Below the pieces are notes generated by a model. It made no database searches. It was not told the origin of the DNA and worked only from the letters and a program-made list of their open reading frames with translations. Position numbers and translations under genes: made by a program. DNA of 64,000 nt from Raillietiella orientalis (lineage: Eukaryota), in the NCBI GenBank assembly GCA_036172245.1, contig JAYWIR010000004.1, positions 806,001-870,000 of the forward strand, in the 5' to 3' direction. This document shows, one piece after another, positions 51,000-63,499 of this stretch (the first letter of the stretch is position 1; the number at the start of each line of letters is the position of its first letter).

Positions 51000-53450
51000 T
51001 TAAGGAATGCGGTTTCCTTGCGGACCTTCGATCCCGAGCCACTAGAATTGCAGAATGCATGCGAATTCATCCCGCAACAGTAGACGGTGATGATTCAACG
51101 AGCTCAGCTTGGGGTCTGCCGTGATTTAGTATCTATAGCACCATGCCCAAAGGCCGTGCCAAAGGGAACCTCCACCACTTCAGGACTCCACGATCTCTCA
51201 GCAGCACTTGCTGCTACCATCAGGATATGTGGAGAGCTCACTTCCCAACTCCCCTGAGCTCACCGTCGCGACCTTCTTTCCTTCTACATGCCATGGCCTG
51301 AGGAAACTGTCGTTCCCAGACGATGGAACGCCCGAGGGCAGGAAGGACTCCGTTCCGAAGTTTGGGTCGAGGTTCGACTCTTAAGCGCCACCCCATCTCC
51401 AGGGCTGATTGCCTGGCAAGGCGGATAGTTAGAAGCTTCCTAGCGGACTCCCGCTTCCACGATTGCCATCGTCCAGCACTCTCTGGTGAGCGAAATTTTT
51501 CATGAAATTCGATAAGCATCGCATCAAGCGTGATGCCCCCATTGCTTCGTTCAGCCCACAGCGCCAGTTCTGCTCAGCGGAATTGACCTACTGAGCTTGC
51601 GAATTCCGAGTTCGAAAACTTCACGCTTCGAGCGCTCTGGGCTTCTCACCCATTTGCAATTTGAGAGTAGGCCAAGGCATTTCCGGTAAAGAAGGATGAT
51701 AAGAGAGAGCCCTTATCATCCTCTTTACAGGAAAAGACCGTCTCGTCCTTCCTCTTGGACGAGCGCAGCTATCTTGAGGGGAACTTCGGAGGGAACCATC
51801 TGCGAGGTGGTTCGATTCGTCTTTCGCCCATGCAACCAGCTCTTCTCCTCTTCTTAGGAAGCAGTCGATTCTTGCATTGATAGCGACCCCCTCCTGGTGA
51901 GAAAGTCGTGTCAATGACTCTTAGCCGGGTCCAGACTGTTCAGAGCTGTGCAAACCGCTAATGATCGGACCTTCGAGCTTCCATGGGCGTGGACGTACCA
52001 GCCTGCCAGCACCATCGCGACCAGAGAGAAGGTGCTGTCGGGCTGAGCTCAGGTAGTGGCGTAGAGTCAGTAAGACATTGGCAAAACGTCATTTGCAAGT
52101 ATCAGCTGCTAAAGGCGAAAAGAGGGTAGTCAGGAAGCAGTTCGCACGACTGATGTCAGCATATCGTGACGGTCCGCGCATTCCCATCTCTCCTTCATCT
52201 GCATCTTCTGCCGCGGGAAACCGCAAAGGGGAGATTTACTCGCAGGATCCACTAAAGGACGAAAGTTTTGCTTGCCCGGTGTCTTCGCGGGGATCTTCTG
52301 GAAGGGCGACCGTCAAAAAAAAGTAGGGGAGAAGGAGTGACCGAGGGCTCCGAAAAGCTTTTAAAGAATTTTCGGGTTGTGGCCACTCCTTCAATCTTCC
52401 GCTCTCTCACTCGAGCAAGAGCTAACAACCCAGAGCGGGACGATCTGCTCGTCCAAGAATCAGCTAGCAAACACATGGGAGGTCTCTCCTGGATGAACTG
52501 AGGCGAGACGCTGACACGCATCTGGAATCACGACGTGCGGCACTTTCTTCTCTGGATAAAGGGCCTCTCAACGAACCCATCAAGAAGGCGACGTACGGGC
52601 GAGGGGAGCGGCAGCCAAACGACACCCACGAGGGGTCGCCCCTGTCACCTGACCTCTTCCTGAGGAACACAAACCGCTACTGTGCGGGGACTACCCATCC
52701 GCAAGCACGCCAGTGCAGCGTTCCAGGAGGGGGAAAACAGGAACAACGTTGAGAGCACCCTCCACCCTCCGGTGAAAGCCAAGTGGGATTTCGCTTGGCA
52801 GTGGCCAATTCATGGGGATCTGGTCATCCCAAGAACACAGGTGCCCTTCCAGAACTCCGACTTCCAAGAACGCGTGCGAAGCAGCTCGGCAAGTTGCCCA
52901 ACGTCCAGCTCAGCGGGAACGCACATCCATCCGCAGACACCTATCGCACGCAGTGGCTTGGAACGGCGTAATGGAAACAGTTGAAGAAGATCGCCAACTT
53001 TGAGACTCAGACGACGCCGATACGCACACGGGAAAACCTGTTCGAACTGGAGATGCCAAACCAGAAGCTGCGGGTTCGCAAACCGCAAACGTGAAGCCGC
53101 CTGCAAAGTCTCCCCCCTCCGTCCCCCTCCACCCCACGAAGAACAGCATCGCCTTCGTGCTTCTTGCGAAGCGATCGACTCCTGATGCCTTTGGTGCGCT
53201 GGAGGGATCGCGCGCAAGCGCACGCAGTTGTTCGCTCAATGGTAGTTAGGATGACCTTACCCAGGCAAAAGTTTGCCTTTGGTCCGGGAATCCATCCTCT
53301 GGCAGCATCTCCCGAGATCCTCAGCGGCATAGCGCCTGCCACTCCTTGACTGGCTGCGGATCCCGATCTCCATGCAGAGCGGTCACAGTCACAGGCAACT
53401 GCGCGCTGGAAAGCTGTGGGTCCTCTGCATCCTTCGTCTGCAAGAGCTCA
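51000..53450 (-). mobile_element. RLE-type (R2-group) non-LTR retrotransposon, decayed, inserted within RICTOR
   Basis: Ordered PLGFH...GALN (Q.GF...G..N), RGDPS (QGDPlS), LLADS (fADD), ALEMGWRLRVEPRPKLRNGVLP (Gw.v..EP......G...PD) and EVVEVPFG. Confidence 0.7.
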
Positions 53451-56039
53451 GAATTTCATAAAATTTACTGCCTCGTATTCGAGCTGTGCCCGCTGGCTTT
53501 TCTCTTACACCTGCGAATGTGTTCGGTCACAGTCGTCTCGGCTGCTCGAGGCGTCCGAGGACTCGTTGTCGGCCGGTGCCGACCAAGGAGTCCATGCGAG
53601 TCTGAACGTTGGAATCGGGGAGGTGCACAAAGTCCTCACTACACTAAGAAATAGCATTATCCTTGAACACTAATCGGGCGCCTGCTTTTTTCAACATCAA
53701 GTAGCAGTACTCGATAAGTGTCTGTTTAAGGAAATCCTTGATGAAGTGTTTCTCTCTATATAGATAAGGCGGGAAGGTACTTATGTAGCATATTCCCTCT
53801 TGTCGAGATGTTTGCATTTCCTGAGCATGCAGTGGCATGGAAGTTTCCGGTATTTCATTCTCTTCCACGGTGAATGAAGCGACTGAATGGTTATGCAACA
53901 GGCAACCCTGGACTTTCCATGTGTGGTTCGTTTCCCGAAATCTCGGACTGCACTGTTGGTGATCAGCATAGGGACTTCCACGTCCGTTGTCACGGTCAGT
54001 TTACGACTCCTAAAACAGACAGAAAATCTTGGATCACCGAGGAATGTATATGAAATGTACATGGAGGTAGGATTACGTAATCGTGGTATTTTCCAAGCTG
54101 CAAAATACCACGAAAGGAGCTGTGCAACTCAAGTTTCCAGTGGAGCCGCACAGTGCTGGAGCAGATTCATCCCACATAATTATAGAAAACCATTTGCAGG
54201 ATAGCAAAGGGTTTTTTATAATTATGTGGTGGAGAAAGCTCCTCTTAAGTCTCTCTCCCTACATCTCTATACCACACGTAGAGATGGCTACAATCAATTA
54301 TTTTTGATTAGGTTATTTCTGCACTGGATGAGACTTCAGCTTACCTTTGAGATCCAGAACGCCGTTAGGAAATCCTTCACTTTCCGTTTAATGTTCGCTA
54401 AATCTTCAGTTGTTTGCTCCTCTTTGGATGATTGCCTGACGTTCTAACACAACAAGTCATCGAACTTGCTAAGCTCGCTGTTTCATTCCCCCATCCAAAA
54501 TGAAGGATCTGGCACCTTTGAATTATGGAGGCGCATTTCAAGGAAATTACTGGGAGGTTATCGTGGAAACACCCAAGGAATTTACAACTCATCAAGGGGG
54601 AGTGAGCGGCCACATGTAAGGGAGGCTTTTTAGAACCTCGAAAAACGAGTGAAAGTGAGAAAGAAGCTCTGAAACACTCCGAGATGAGAGCCGCACGAAG
54701 TGCGAGAGTGGAAGCACGAAGGGCAGAGTTCAAAACTTCTATTATCAAATGCTCCACCCAAAGGTACCGGAAACGGCCTTGAAACTCAAGGCACAGAGCA
54801 TTTCTGCACACTTCTTCCTGTGCTGGAAGTTCATCAGATCCTATGGGTGCAAACAGTGTTCCAGATGGCGTTTTACTCCTTAAGAAACGAGCTCTCGCTG
54901 ACAGACGGAAGAGTGAAAAGGCAAAGCATCAGATTATCACGATGCTATCAGAGCTTGCAAAATAAAAGGAAGTCAGCTATTTGACCTTTTCTGTTGAAAG
55001 AGCGAGAACTTTCGCGTGAAGGGAGATCACTGATCTTTTACTTAGGCATTCAGCCACAAGTGTATCGTTCCCCTCGAGCTGCCACCCAGTTCCTGGTCTG
55101 CTAAAGAGGAATTAGTGAGGAGCTTTCGTATACCTCCGGAAAATTTCTGTCGAAACCATGCAGTCGACTGAACAGGAAGAGGAATTTATGCGAGACATCC
55201 CTGGGAAACCTAGAAAGGGCTAGCCAGAATGAGCCTGAAATTAAAGTAGCGGCCACCCATCCCCTTGGCTTTGACACGCGACAGTGTTCAAGCTACTAAT
55301 TTTGAAAATCCTGAAATTAGAAGCTAACACGATTAGTTTTTCAGAACTGCAATGTAAGACTGTCCCCCACCCCCCCTCTTCCTTCAACCAAGAACACCAA
55401 TGTTCCCCATAAAACTGTGATGGGCTGTTCTGCTCCATTTTCTATACAGGCTGGACTCCACCCTAATAGTATTTTATACATTCAGTGCAGCTATGAGTTC
55501 CACTGGTAGATGGAAATTTAAGGACGAGGTCATTGAGAAGGCGAAGCGCCAGTTTCCGTACATCCAAGGGAACTTTCCCCGACCAGAAATGCAGGCACTC
55601 GTTTTTAGGAGGTGAATAGACGTAGGAGAGGGTGGAAATCGCGTGGAAAAAACAGTGGTTGAGAGTAATCTGTACCCCAATTGTAATCCAAGGTTCATAT
55701 TTTACGAAGATGCTCCGGGAGAGGAAGAACACGAGGCAAGTGCTACGAAATGATCAACGTGTTTTGGAAATTCCTCCGAGAAGACCGTTTGTTCCAATCA
55801 GGCTGAAGTCGCCCAAGAACATTCATCCGAGGCATCTCGAAAGCCAGTCAAGAAATGTACTCAGCTCATACAGATGCATCATACATTGTATTTAAGTGAC
55901 TTATGCTTCCACTATCAGGATTCCTGTTGCTATTCCCTTGGAACAGATCATGTTTCAACATCCATTCTGTATTACATAAATCCGTTCTGCATTCTGTATT
56001 TGCCTGATCAATGAGGAATGCGAAGAGGAAAACTTACCT

Positions 56040-56460
56040 CATTCTCTGTTAATTAATAAGCACATACTCGTTTTTGGGCTTTTCACTTGATATTAACATG
56101 TTAACCATATTATAGATTATTATTTATTTATTATCAACCTAAGCATTTAGGGTTTTGCATTTTTTGGAGAACATTTGCCTAAAGCTATCAAGATGTTTTT
56201 CATAAATATTATATTATATATCAGATATAAAATGAAATAATTAACTAACAGTTATTATATATATATATATATGTTTGTGTGCATATTTCAGAACAAATTT
56301 CCATACGTAATTCACAACAATAAAATATGTTTTTTATATTCGAAAATATAGAAATTAAAAACCATTAGAATTTTCAAAATCAAAATCAGTATCAATACAA
56401 AACCCCACAAGTTATGTTCCCTCTTAATTCAGTCTACCCCCGTTATTATTTAACACTTAT
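56040..56460. other. Strongly AT-rich intronic island with (TA)n tract
   Basis: Abrupt AT enrichment relative to the window; TA dinucleotide run at ~56256-56272. Confidence 0.75.
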
Positions 56461-57249
56461 TATGGCAATTATCATAAGGAAGCGCAGATCGAAAGAAACA
56501 GACATCAGTCATCTTCCTGAATCTACGCCTCCCCCTGGATGCCGTGTCGTTTTCTGGATGAAGATTTCATTCATCCTGCATCTTTTGTGGAATTTTCAAT
56601 CAGCAAAAGTTCTGGAACACTGATAAAAATACAGAGAAGTGTAACCCTTCTGAGCTCGCAGCTCAAAAAACATGCGGTTAGGAAGCTCAATAAGAAATTT
56701 CGAACCCTCCGAATGATAACAACCCTTGATTGCTGCTCGATTCTCTCTGAGGTTGCGGGAAATGGAGCAGACCCCCAAAATTTAAAGCCTGCTAGGTAGG
56801 TCTCACCTGAGCTGGATGCAGACGTTCCAGTTTCTTTAGGTGGGCAGGAAACTTCGCTGCTGCTTCATGAAAGCAAGGAAAAATCAATTGAGGAGCCGAA
56901 AGCAGTTGAGGTCCAATGAGACAGAAGAATGAAGACCCTCGAGCTGCTGGTCTTGCCGGGTTCGCCAGGAAGGTGAACTCAGAAGCCGGTAAGCGGAGTC
57001 TCATCCGGTGAGGCGACTGACGAGTAGCCGTGTGTTCGAAAATGAGCTCGGACCGTTCTCAAACGTGAAATGAGCTGGAAGTCCGGCTTGCATGAAGGCT
57101 GGAGCTTGGACCATTGGACCCGTGACAGCCACTGGGGGCGCATTTTAGTAAGCACACCTGGCTCTGTGAGATCCACCAAGAGATGAGTGTGATGCGCATC
57201 AGATCTCAAGAAAGGTGTTGGCTCCCATGGAGAGCAGGTCTGTGGTCAT

Positions 57250-57590
57250 GATGTTTTTGCACCCGGACACGCCGAGCGTTTATTTTATAAGAAATGAACC
57301 AGTTGGGAATGCAGTTTCCAACCGACGAACACAGAAGTCCAAGGAAAGGGTCCACTGAGTCCTGGATAACGAAAAGTCAAGAAAGGGGAAGGGGAATCGA
57401 AGGACAACAAAAAAAATAAATTCGGTGGGATGGGACGGGGATCTTTGAGTTCGTTCCGTGTGCACCGGGGTAAAAACAAAAACGCTGAGTAAGTTACGAA
57501 GCAAACGGGAATGAGGAATGAGAAAAAAATGAATAAAGGGAGGTAGGGAACAAGGGTAATCGGTGTGCACCGTTCCCAGCTATCCTCAAA
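57250..57590 (-). mobile_element. 3' UTR/terminus of an L1/Tx1-like element
   Basis: Pyrimidine-rich on the minus strand, ending AATAAACGC (57276-57284) like the terminus at 58813-58821. Confidence 0.5.
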
Positions 57591-58793
57591 CAGGCGCTGG
57601 ATTCCGGCAATCTTTTCCTTAACTTCTTGTTACAGGTGAGACCACCTTGAAGCCGTCCTCATTTAGATGGCTGCCACTCCGGTGGCCTCCCTTTGCTGTA
57701 TGATCGTGTCGAGCAGATGACGGGCCGTGACGATGGCGCGGATGCAACCCATGATTGCGACCATCGCGCCAGTTGAGTTCGAAATGCTGCCGCGCCAGAA
57801 AGGCTCCCCGTCTGCGTTGCGTATATCGGGAGACTGGATGCGTCTCCCTGAGGCTGTGGAGCACCTCCGTAGCTCCCTGAGAAGAGCAGGAGTGCAGCAA
57901 CTCGAGGACTGGGACGCTGTCAAGCACTCGGTCCGAAAGTTCTGCAAAAGATTCCCGGTAGACTGCCTCCCCGCCGGCTTCGGGGAGGGCATGCGGCACG
58001 AGCGAGCGTTCTTACAGGCGCGGCCATGGCAAAGACGGCCAGACGTACGTCGACTGGCGGAATTTCGAGCGGAGACAGTGCGCCAGGCCTGACAGTCCGG
58101 CTCGGTTACCTTGCTGGACTAAAAGGACCAGGAATGCTCGGCTCCACCGCAGGTAAAGCGCATTGTGCGCAATTACTACCCCTCCTTTTACGCAAAGGCA
58201 CCATTGGAGCGAGACTTCTCGCAGCTCCTACTGCCAGAAGGCGCTCGAGCGATAGAGGAGGAGGCGCGGCAGCGGCTCGCGGAACCTTTCTCGATCGGCG
58301 AAATCACCAGCGCCATCGGAAAGAGCCAAGGAAAAGACCAGGGGAGGACGGCCTGCCCACAGAGTTTTACCAAAACTTTGCGGCAGACTCGCGGCCTTGG
58401 TGCAGAAGATGGAAGTGCTGACTCGGGAAACGGACGAGATTCCTGACTCGTTCCGGTCAGCTAAAGTAAGGCTCCTCCCGAAGGGAGGAGACCTACGCAA
58501 CATTGGCAACTGGAGACCGATTACGGTAGTAAATACAGACGCCAAGCTGATGGCGAAGCTGTGGTCCGAGAGAATCGGACGGGTGGCCGAAGCGTTCAAA
58601 GTACGGAGCAGACGTACGCTGTTCCCGGCAGATCGATGGAAGCCAACCTGTTCCTCATGCTTTGCTACAGCGGAGTGACACAGCAGGCCGGGGAAATCCT
58701 CGATTCCCCAAGAGCCAGGGACAAGGAGACCCTCTTTCTGGGGATGCGTCGGGAGCCCTTGCGATCGCGGTCGATCTGCGCAATGCGTTCGAT
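57590..58793 (+). mobile_element. L1/Tx1-clade ORF2 fragment (APE end to RT domain 3), relatively young
   Basis: WDAVKHSVRKFC; YYPSFY; PGEDGLPTEFY; LLPKGGDLRNIGNWRPITVVNTDAKL; EQTYAVPGRSMEAN; VDLRNAFD (58770-58793). A few frameshifts. Confidence 0.92.
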
Positions 58794-60489
58794 GTTCAAC
58801 AGGATCACCGGGGCGTTTATTTATAGCAAACTCTAACACACACTGTGGCTGGACCAGTGATCCAGCCACTTCCGAAGAAACAAAACAGAGCCTGCCGGGT
58901 CACCGGTTTACAGACCGGTACGGTCCACCACGGCAGGAGGAGGAAGGGGGAACAAACAAAAAAACTAAACAAAAACAAAAGAAAGCGTGGGAGGGTGCGG
59001 GAAGGGATCACTGTTGCTGCTGGGGCCGTTGCATTCTTCGCAGGATGCCGGCAAGCTCTCTCTGTATTACTGGATCCAGGTGGGGCCATCTCGTCGCCCT
59101 CTCCAAAAATTCGGCGGCGTGCTGGATAGCACCCTTATCGCCAGGTCCTCCCGTTGCCTTGCTCCAAGCGCCGACGATCCCTCAAAGGCAGCAGAAGGCT
59201 GCTAAGGAGGTCGTAGGCCAAAGGGCGTTGGAAACGAGGAGTGCTTTCAGTGCGTCCCTGGGGTTGCCGCAGGGATCCCGATGGCCGCGGCAAAGCGTAG
59301 CCAAAGGGGCCGAAGAACAACACAATCCACAAGGAGGTGGGGGAGGAACTTCCGTTCTCCACACCTAATACAATTAGGGTTCACCGCTCCCCAGGTCCAA
59401 TGGTGTCAGCGGGAGTCTTCAGTGCAGCAACAGGAGCGCCGACTCCTGACATTTTAAAGCGAGGGCGGAGGTGTTCATTAGCACCCGGGCCATTTCAGAT
59501 GTTCCACCGGGACATCGAGCAGCGCGCTCCAGCGCAGAAGTCCATGGGGAGGTGTACTCGGGGTGGCAGCGCCTGTTAGCTGGCCCGTCTTCCAAGCTCC
59601 TATCTTCTCCGTTCCGGAGATTTTTGTTAACCTCCCACTTCGCCGCAACATTGCTGTCCAAATGTTCCCTTAGGAGGGCCAGCGCAGCAGAGAGGGGGGT
59701 TCTTCCTGACCAGGCTCTCTTCTTTGGATCCTCCAGGATCTCTTGGAGCGTGCAACTTCTGTAGCACCCAAAAAGGAACCGTCGTTCCTGTTGGGCGCGT
59801 TGCATGCCGCACTGTGCCCACGTGCGAACGGTTTCCTGCATCCAAGCACTACCGTTCGCGGGGCGACAGGTGATCCATCCTTGATTTTTCCGAACCAATG
59901 CAGCCACCCTCCTCAGCTGGAGCCCACATCGGTTGATGCGGGAGTGATGGAGTGAAAGAAAGGACGTGAGTCCCATCTTCCCGGTGGCTTTCTTGACGAG
60001 GAGACGTGCAGGGACGCACCAGCAGGTGCACCACAACTCCGGCACAACGGCCATCATTCGGAACTGGAGCTGAAGCTTCAGCCGCTCCAGCGTCAGGAGG
60101 TCGAGACCGTAGTCCCGACGCGGAGCGCACAAGCCCTTCAAGAGGACTCGAGCCCTCCCGTTGCCCCAAAGGGCGATACGGAGGAGGTCCTACGGAGAGC
60201 AAGGGAGCTGAGTCCCTCGCTCTTCAGCACCTACTTCGAGTTGGTGCTGAGGGCGTACAGGGATACTCTGGCTTCCCTGCCGAACTCGTGCCCCAGTATG
60301 CTAGCCATGTAGGCCTATGCAGATGACCTCTTGCTGCTGTTCCCGATGTCGGTCCCTACAGACGCACTAGAGAAATTCTTCGAGCTGTTAAGCAGGGGAG
60401 CGGGCATGGAAGTGAAATAGAAAAAGTGTATGTTGAAAGAAGTAATCAAAGGGTTTGTCTGAAATCGAGAAATCAGGAGAGACGAGGTT
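58794..60489 (-). mobile_element. L1/Tx1-like element 3' half with an inverted 5' segment
   Basis: Minus strand starts ILGHEFG (60299) and continues LCAPRRDYGLDLL (p..GGLgl) to a 3' UTR with AATAAA (58816-58821). Plus strand 60313-60489 reads AYADDLLLL...GAGMEVK*KKC...RRDEV. Confidence 0.8.
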
Positions 60490-61899
60490 TCTGCATCAGT
60501 CATGTTTGGTAGAAGCAGGGAGCTACCCCGAATGGAATAAATGGCAGCAGAAATTCCTTGAATTGACCAACAGTGTAATAGATGGAAGGTTACAATCCAA
60601 ACAATCCCGAGTTGGCAGAGTTGGCAGCATTGAACCCATTTATTGGGTCAGTTTTTCTAGTCAGGAAATAAAAACCAGATTTCTTAGATACTTAATAAGC
60701 AAAGAAGAATGAGGCTGTGAAGAAACGTTGACTCGATCGAGCGATGATCTGACAGAACTGCGATAAGAGCAAAGTAGAAATTCTGCTCCAGAGGTGTACG
60801 CTGGAGTGATACTGGGTTTTCCAGTCCTCGATTTTAATGGATCCAGAATCAAGCATTTACACTTGTATTCCTTCAAGAATTAGCAATTCTGATCGTACGA
60901 CGGAAATGTTTAATTACGATAGTATAGCATCAAGACATACGACATCGACGAGTACGCACATTCGTCCCACGCATGCTGTAATGAATCCGGGAGCCGTGGA
61001 AACAACACACTGCTTCCCGTGAGGGCAGCGAAAGAAAACCTCCGGAAAATCCATAGGTCCCCCAGGTTGGAAGCGGGAAGATTTCCCAGCACGACTGGGC
61101 AACCTGAATCAGAAGACTACCTTACTCTTGGTGCTTATCCTGTTTCAGCATGGGAAACCAAGAGAATCGAAACGTGTTTGTTTCGAGAGACTCCATACGA
61201 ACTGTGATGCTGATAATGAGACTCTCTTTCATCATAAACACGGGAGAGATATGAAGATTCCTGATGCTTCTAAATCGAAGCCGAGCTATTTTAAAAACGC
61301 GATTCCTCTTGCCTGGTTTCTGATTCTTGCTTGTTTTTCCTATTTCTTTTTCTGGGAATGAAGCCGGCGTGCTTTGCATGCACCTTGCCTTGTTTCGCGC
61401 ATGGAGTCCAGAAGGATGCTTTGTAGAAAACATGATTAAAGTGATGCGAGCAGAAGTTTGAGAGACGGTTGCCAAAGCATTCTTTTACTCACTATGTACC
61501 GTTGATATTTATCCGCGCACTTCAAATAAACTTTCTCAGCTCTCATTCACATTCGACGGTCATCTGTAGCGTAAATAAGGAAGTCACCTCCCCGGATCAT
61601 GCAGTCATGCACTATGGGGCTCTGATTTTTACACCCATTCATTGCTACTTCGCATTATAAAAAGAATGTACAAAGATGGAACTCACACCCAATCATGATT
61701 GCGGCATGAAACTCTACAGCCCCTTTAAAAGCTCACTATATAGCTCAAATCGTCTTCAGACAAGTCTTCCGTCAGATTCTCCACGTCTCGTCTTTTCCTG
61801 TTGGAACAAATTGTGTCGTCTCTGGCAGCTGCGTGGCTATGGTGCCTGTGCGACGCAGCCTGCGTCACGGGTTGGAACCGCACATTCGGCTCACACAGC

Positions 61900-63420
61900 A
61901 TGAAGACTGTGTACATTCGCCTGATACTCTTGTGCCCGTAATCACTGTACGATGTTTATCCTAACGAGTGGCACGTCTATTCGGGAGCTGTCGTCTTTGC
62001 ACTCAGTTCGCGTCAGTACGCTTCGAGCCACATCGTCTTAAGGGATGTGCTGCTATCAGCATGGCTAAATCTTGGAAAAGCAAGCAGTTTCTTGATGCGT
62101 AGAACTAATTTGGAAGAAATTCAGGATTTAGGCTACCAACAACGATCTTTACATATGACTCGTCAGGGGAAAGGAACGAAGGTGAAATTCAGGCAGTGGC
62201 ACACTTTGATGAGTCGATTTTATGGATGATTGTATGAGTCGTCTTGCGCCATCTACCGCACATCTTTGTGCTCTCAAATGGATCTGATGTTACAGAAATT
62301 CAATCAGAAGGAGAAATTAGAGGATGCTATGATAAGGCACGCGTCAGGAATCCAAAACACGTGGAAGAACTCTCGGCGTTTTAGATCTTTCGCTAACAGT
62401 CTGTATATCGCAGCTCATCGCCAGGCTGCTGAGGAACGAGTGCTTTCCTTTTCTGAGGTCCGTCCCTTTTTCCACGGGAAACCACTCAGCTCTCATTTAA
62501 TGCCACTGGAACTAAGGAGCCTCGAAGAAGTATTTCCTCAGATGCATTCATTCGAAGTTAATCATCTGCTATTGAAGTTTGCATAACAAATAAGAGAATG
62601 GAAAAAGCTGGAAGCAGGAATTCAAAGATGCATCTTCATGAAAGAAGTCGTTGCATCGCGCACAGGCGACACACAATAAATTCACCAGGCACCAGGAACC
62701 GAACCAGCGATCCAGCCATTATGCGCAATCCTTTTCGAAATGCCCTCAACATAAATTAAGTATTCAGGATGCTGAATTAAAAGTGACCTCCCAGGAATTT
62801 GCACTTCCTTCCGGTTACATCAAGAATGGAGATTGTCATGCTTCGTGAAGAGGTCCAGCTGGAACGATTTTTTTCTTCAAAGCTATCTCTCGGGGGTAGT
62901 TTGGGGGCTTATAGGAGGTCTTTGGAACTAAATAAAATTGAATAAAATGATCATTCACACCCAGTGACTTTCCCGATGTGCCTAACAGACGACAAGCACT
63001 GGGATTTGGGAACAGTTCGTTCCCAGGACAAGTCACATCAGCAGCATTTCTCATTTTGCAGGTTTTCTGGAATTCCTTTTTCCTGGATGAACTGGGAAAA
63101 GATTGAGAGCTTCTACTTGATAACAAGTGTCAGTGAAAGCATCTGGCGATGAGTTCCCGTATGTATTCCGATGAGAGGCACACTGCACAGATTTTAGCTT
63201 TGGTGGCGTGGACGCATTTTCTTTTTTAATCAAGAGTCGAATACTGACCCATCGATCTAATTGACCTACGTCTCGAGTGTCCTTGGAGCCTACAAGGGTC
63301 ATAAAGCGAAGGAGATGACAGTATCGGGGATGCTGTTTCTCTGCTTCATGACTCAGGACTTTCTCCAGCCTCGAGACTATTCAAATATTTTTACAGACTG
63401 AGTTGACCGCTCACTGCAAG
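61900..63420 (+). pseudogene. Possible FASTK-family / RAP-domain gene remnant
   Basis: C-terminal ILALV...VIKRRR*QYRGC...IFLQTEL resembles RAP (lal...mKrRqL...Gy...yL..kl); helical-looking upstream frame 62230-62586; several stops. Confidence 0.35.
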
Positions 63421-63499
63421 AAAAATAATCTCTATTCGTTAGGAGACCAAGCCACTCGGTAAGTGCCTATGTCGCTTTTTAGAAACTTGACTCAGTTCT

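Larger units (their letters stand above)
49690..61650 (-). pseudogene. RICTOR: RICTOR (mTORC2 subunit) unprocessed pseudogene, near full span, interrupted by retroelements
   Basis: Collinear matches N to C: ARNKARCMQ; FPRLPDSL; ITPAYT; SGFYFL; SCKPDF...AHFRTHG; LLSAPQL...LKKLERLH; TLSYVYSP; VSHKFLFLFSRL; EVLNSALRASTLALR; CFHDNLPVISLKC; FPPYLYRE; LLGSAKQGPVVL; HGTSCAIC; ARMFLR|EEICKLL; LKMRCPLIFKE. GT donors follow exon ends at 56807, 54345 and 50088; AG acceptors precede exon starts at 50270 and 49985. Numerous stops and frameshifts. Confidence 0.85.
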
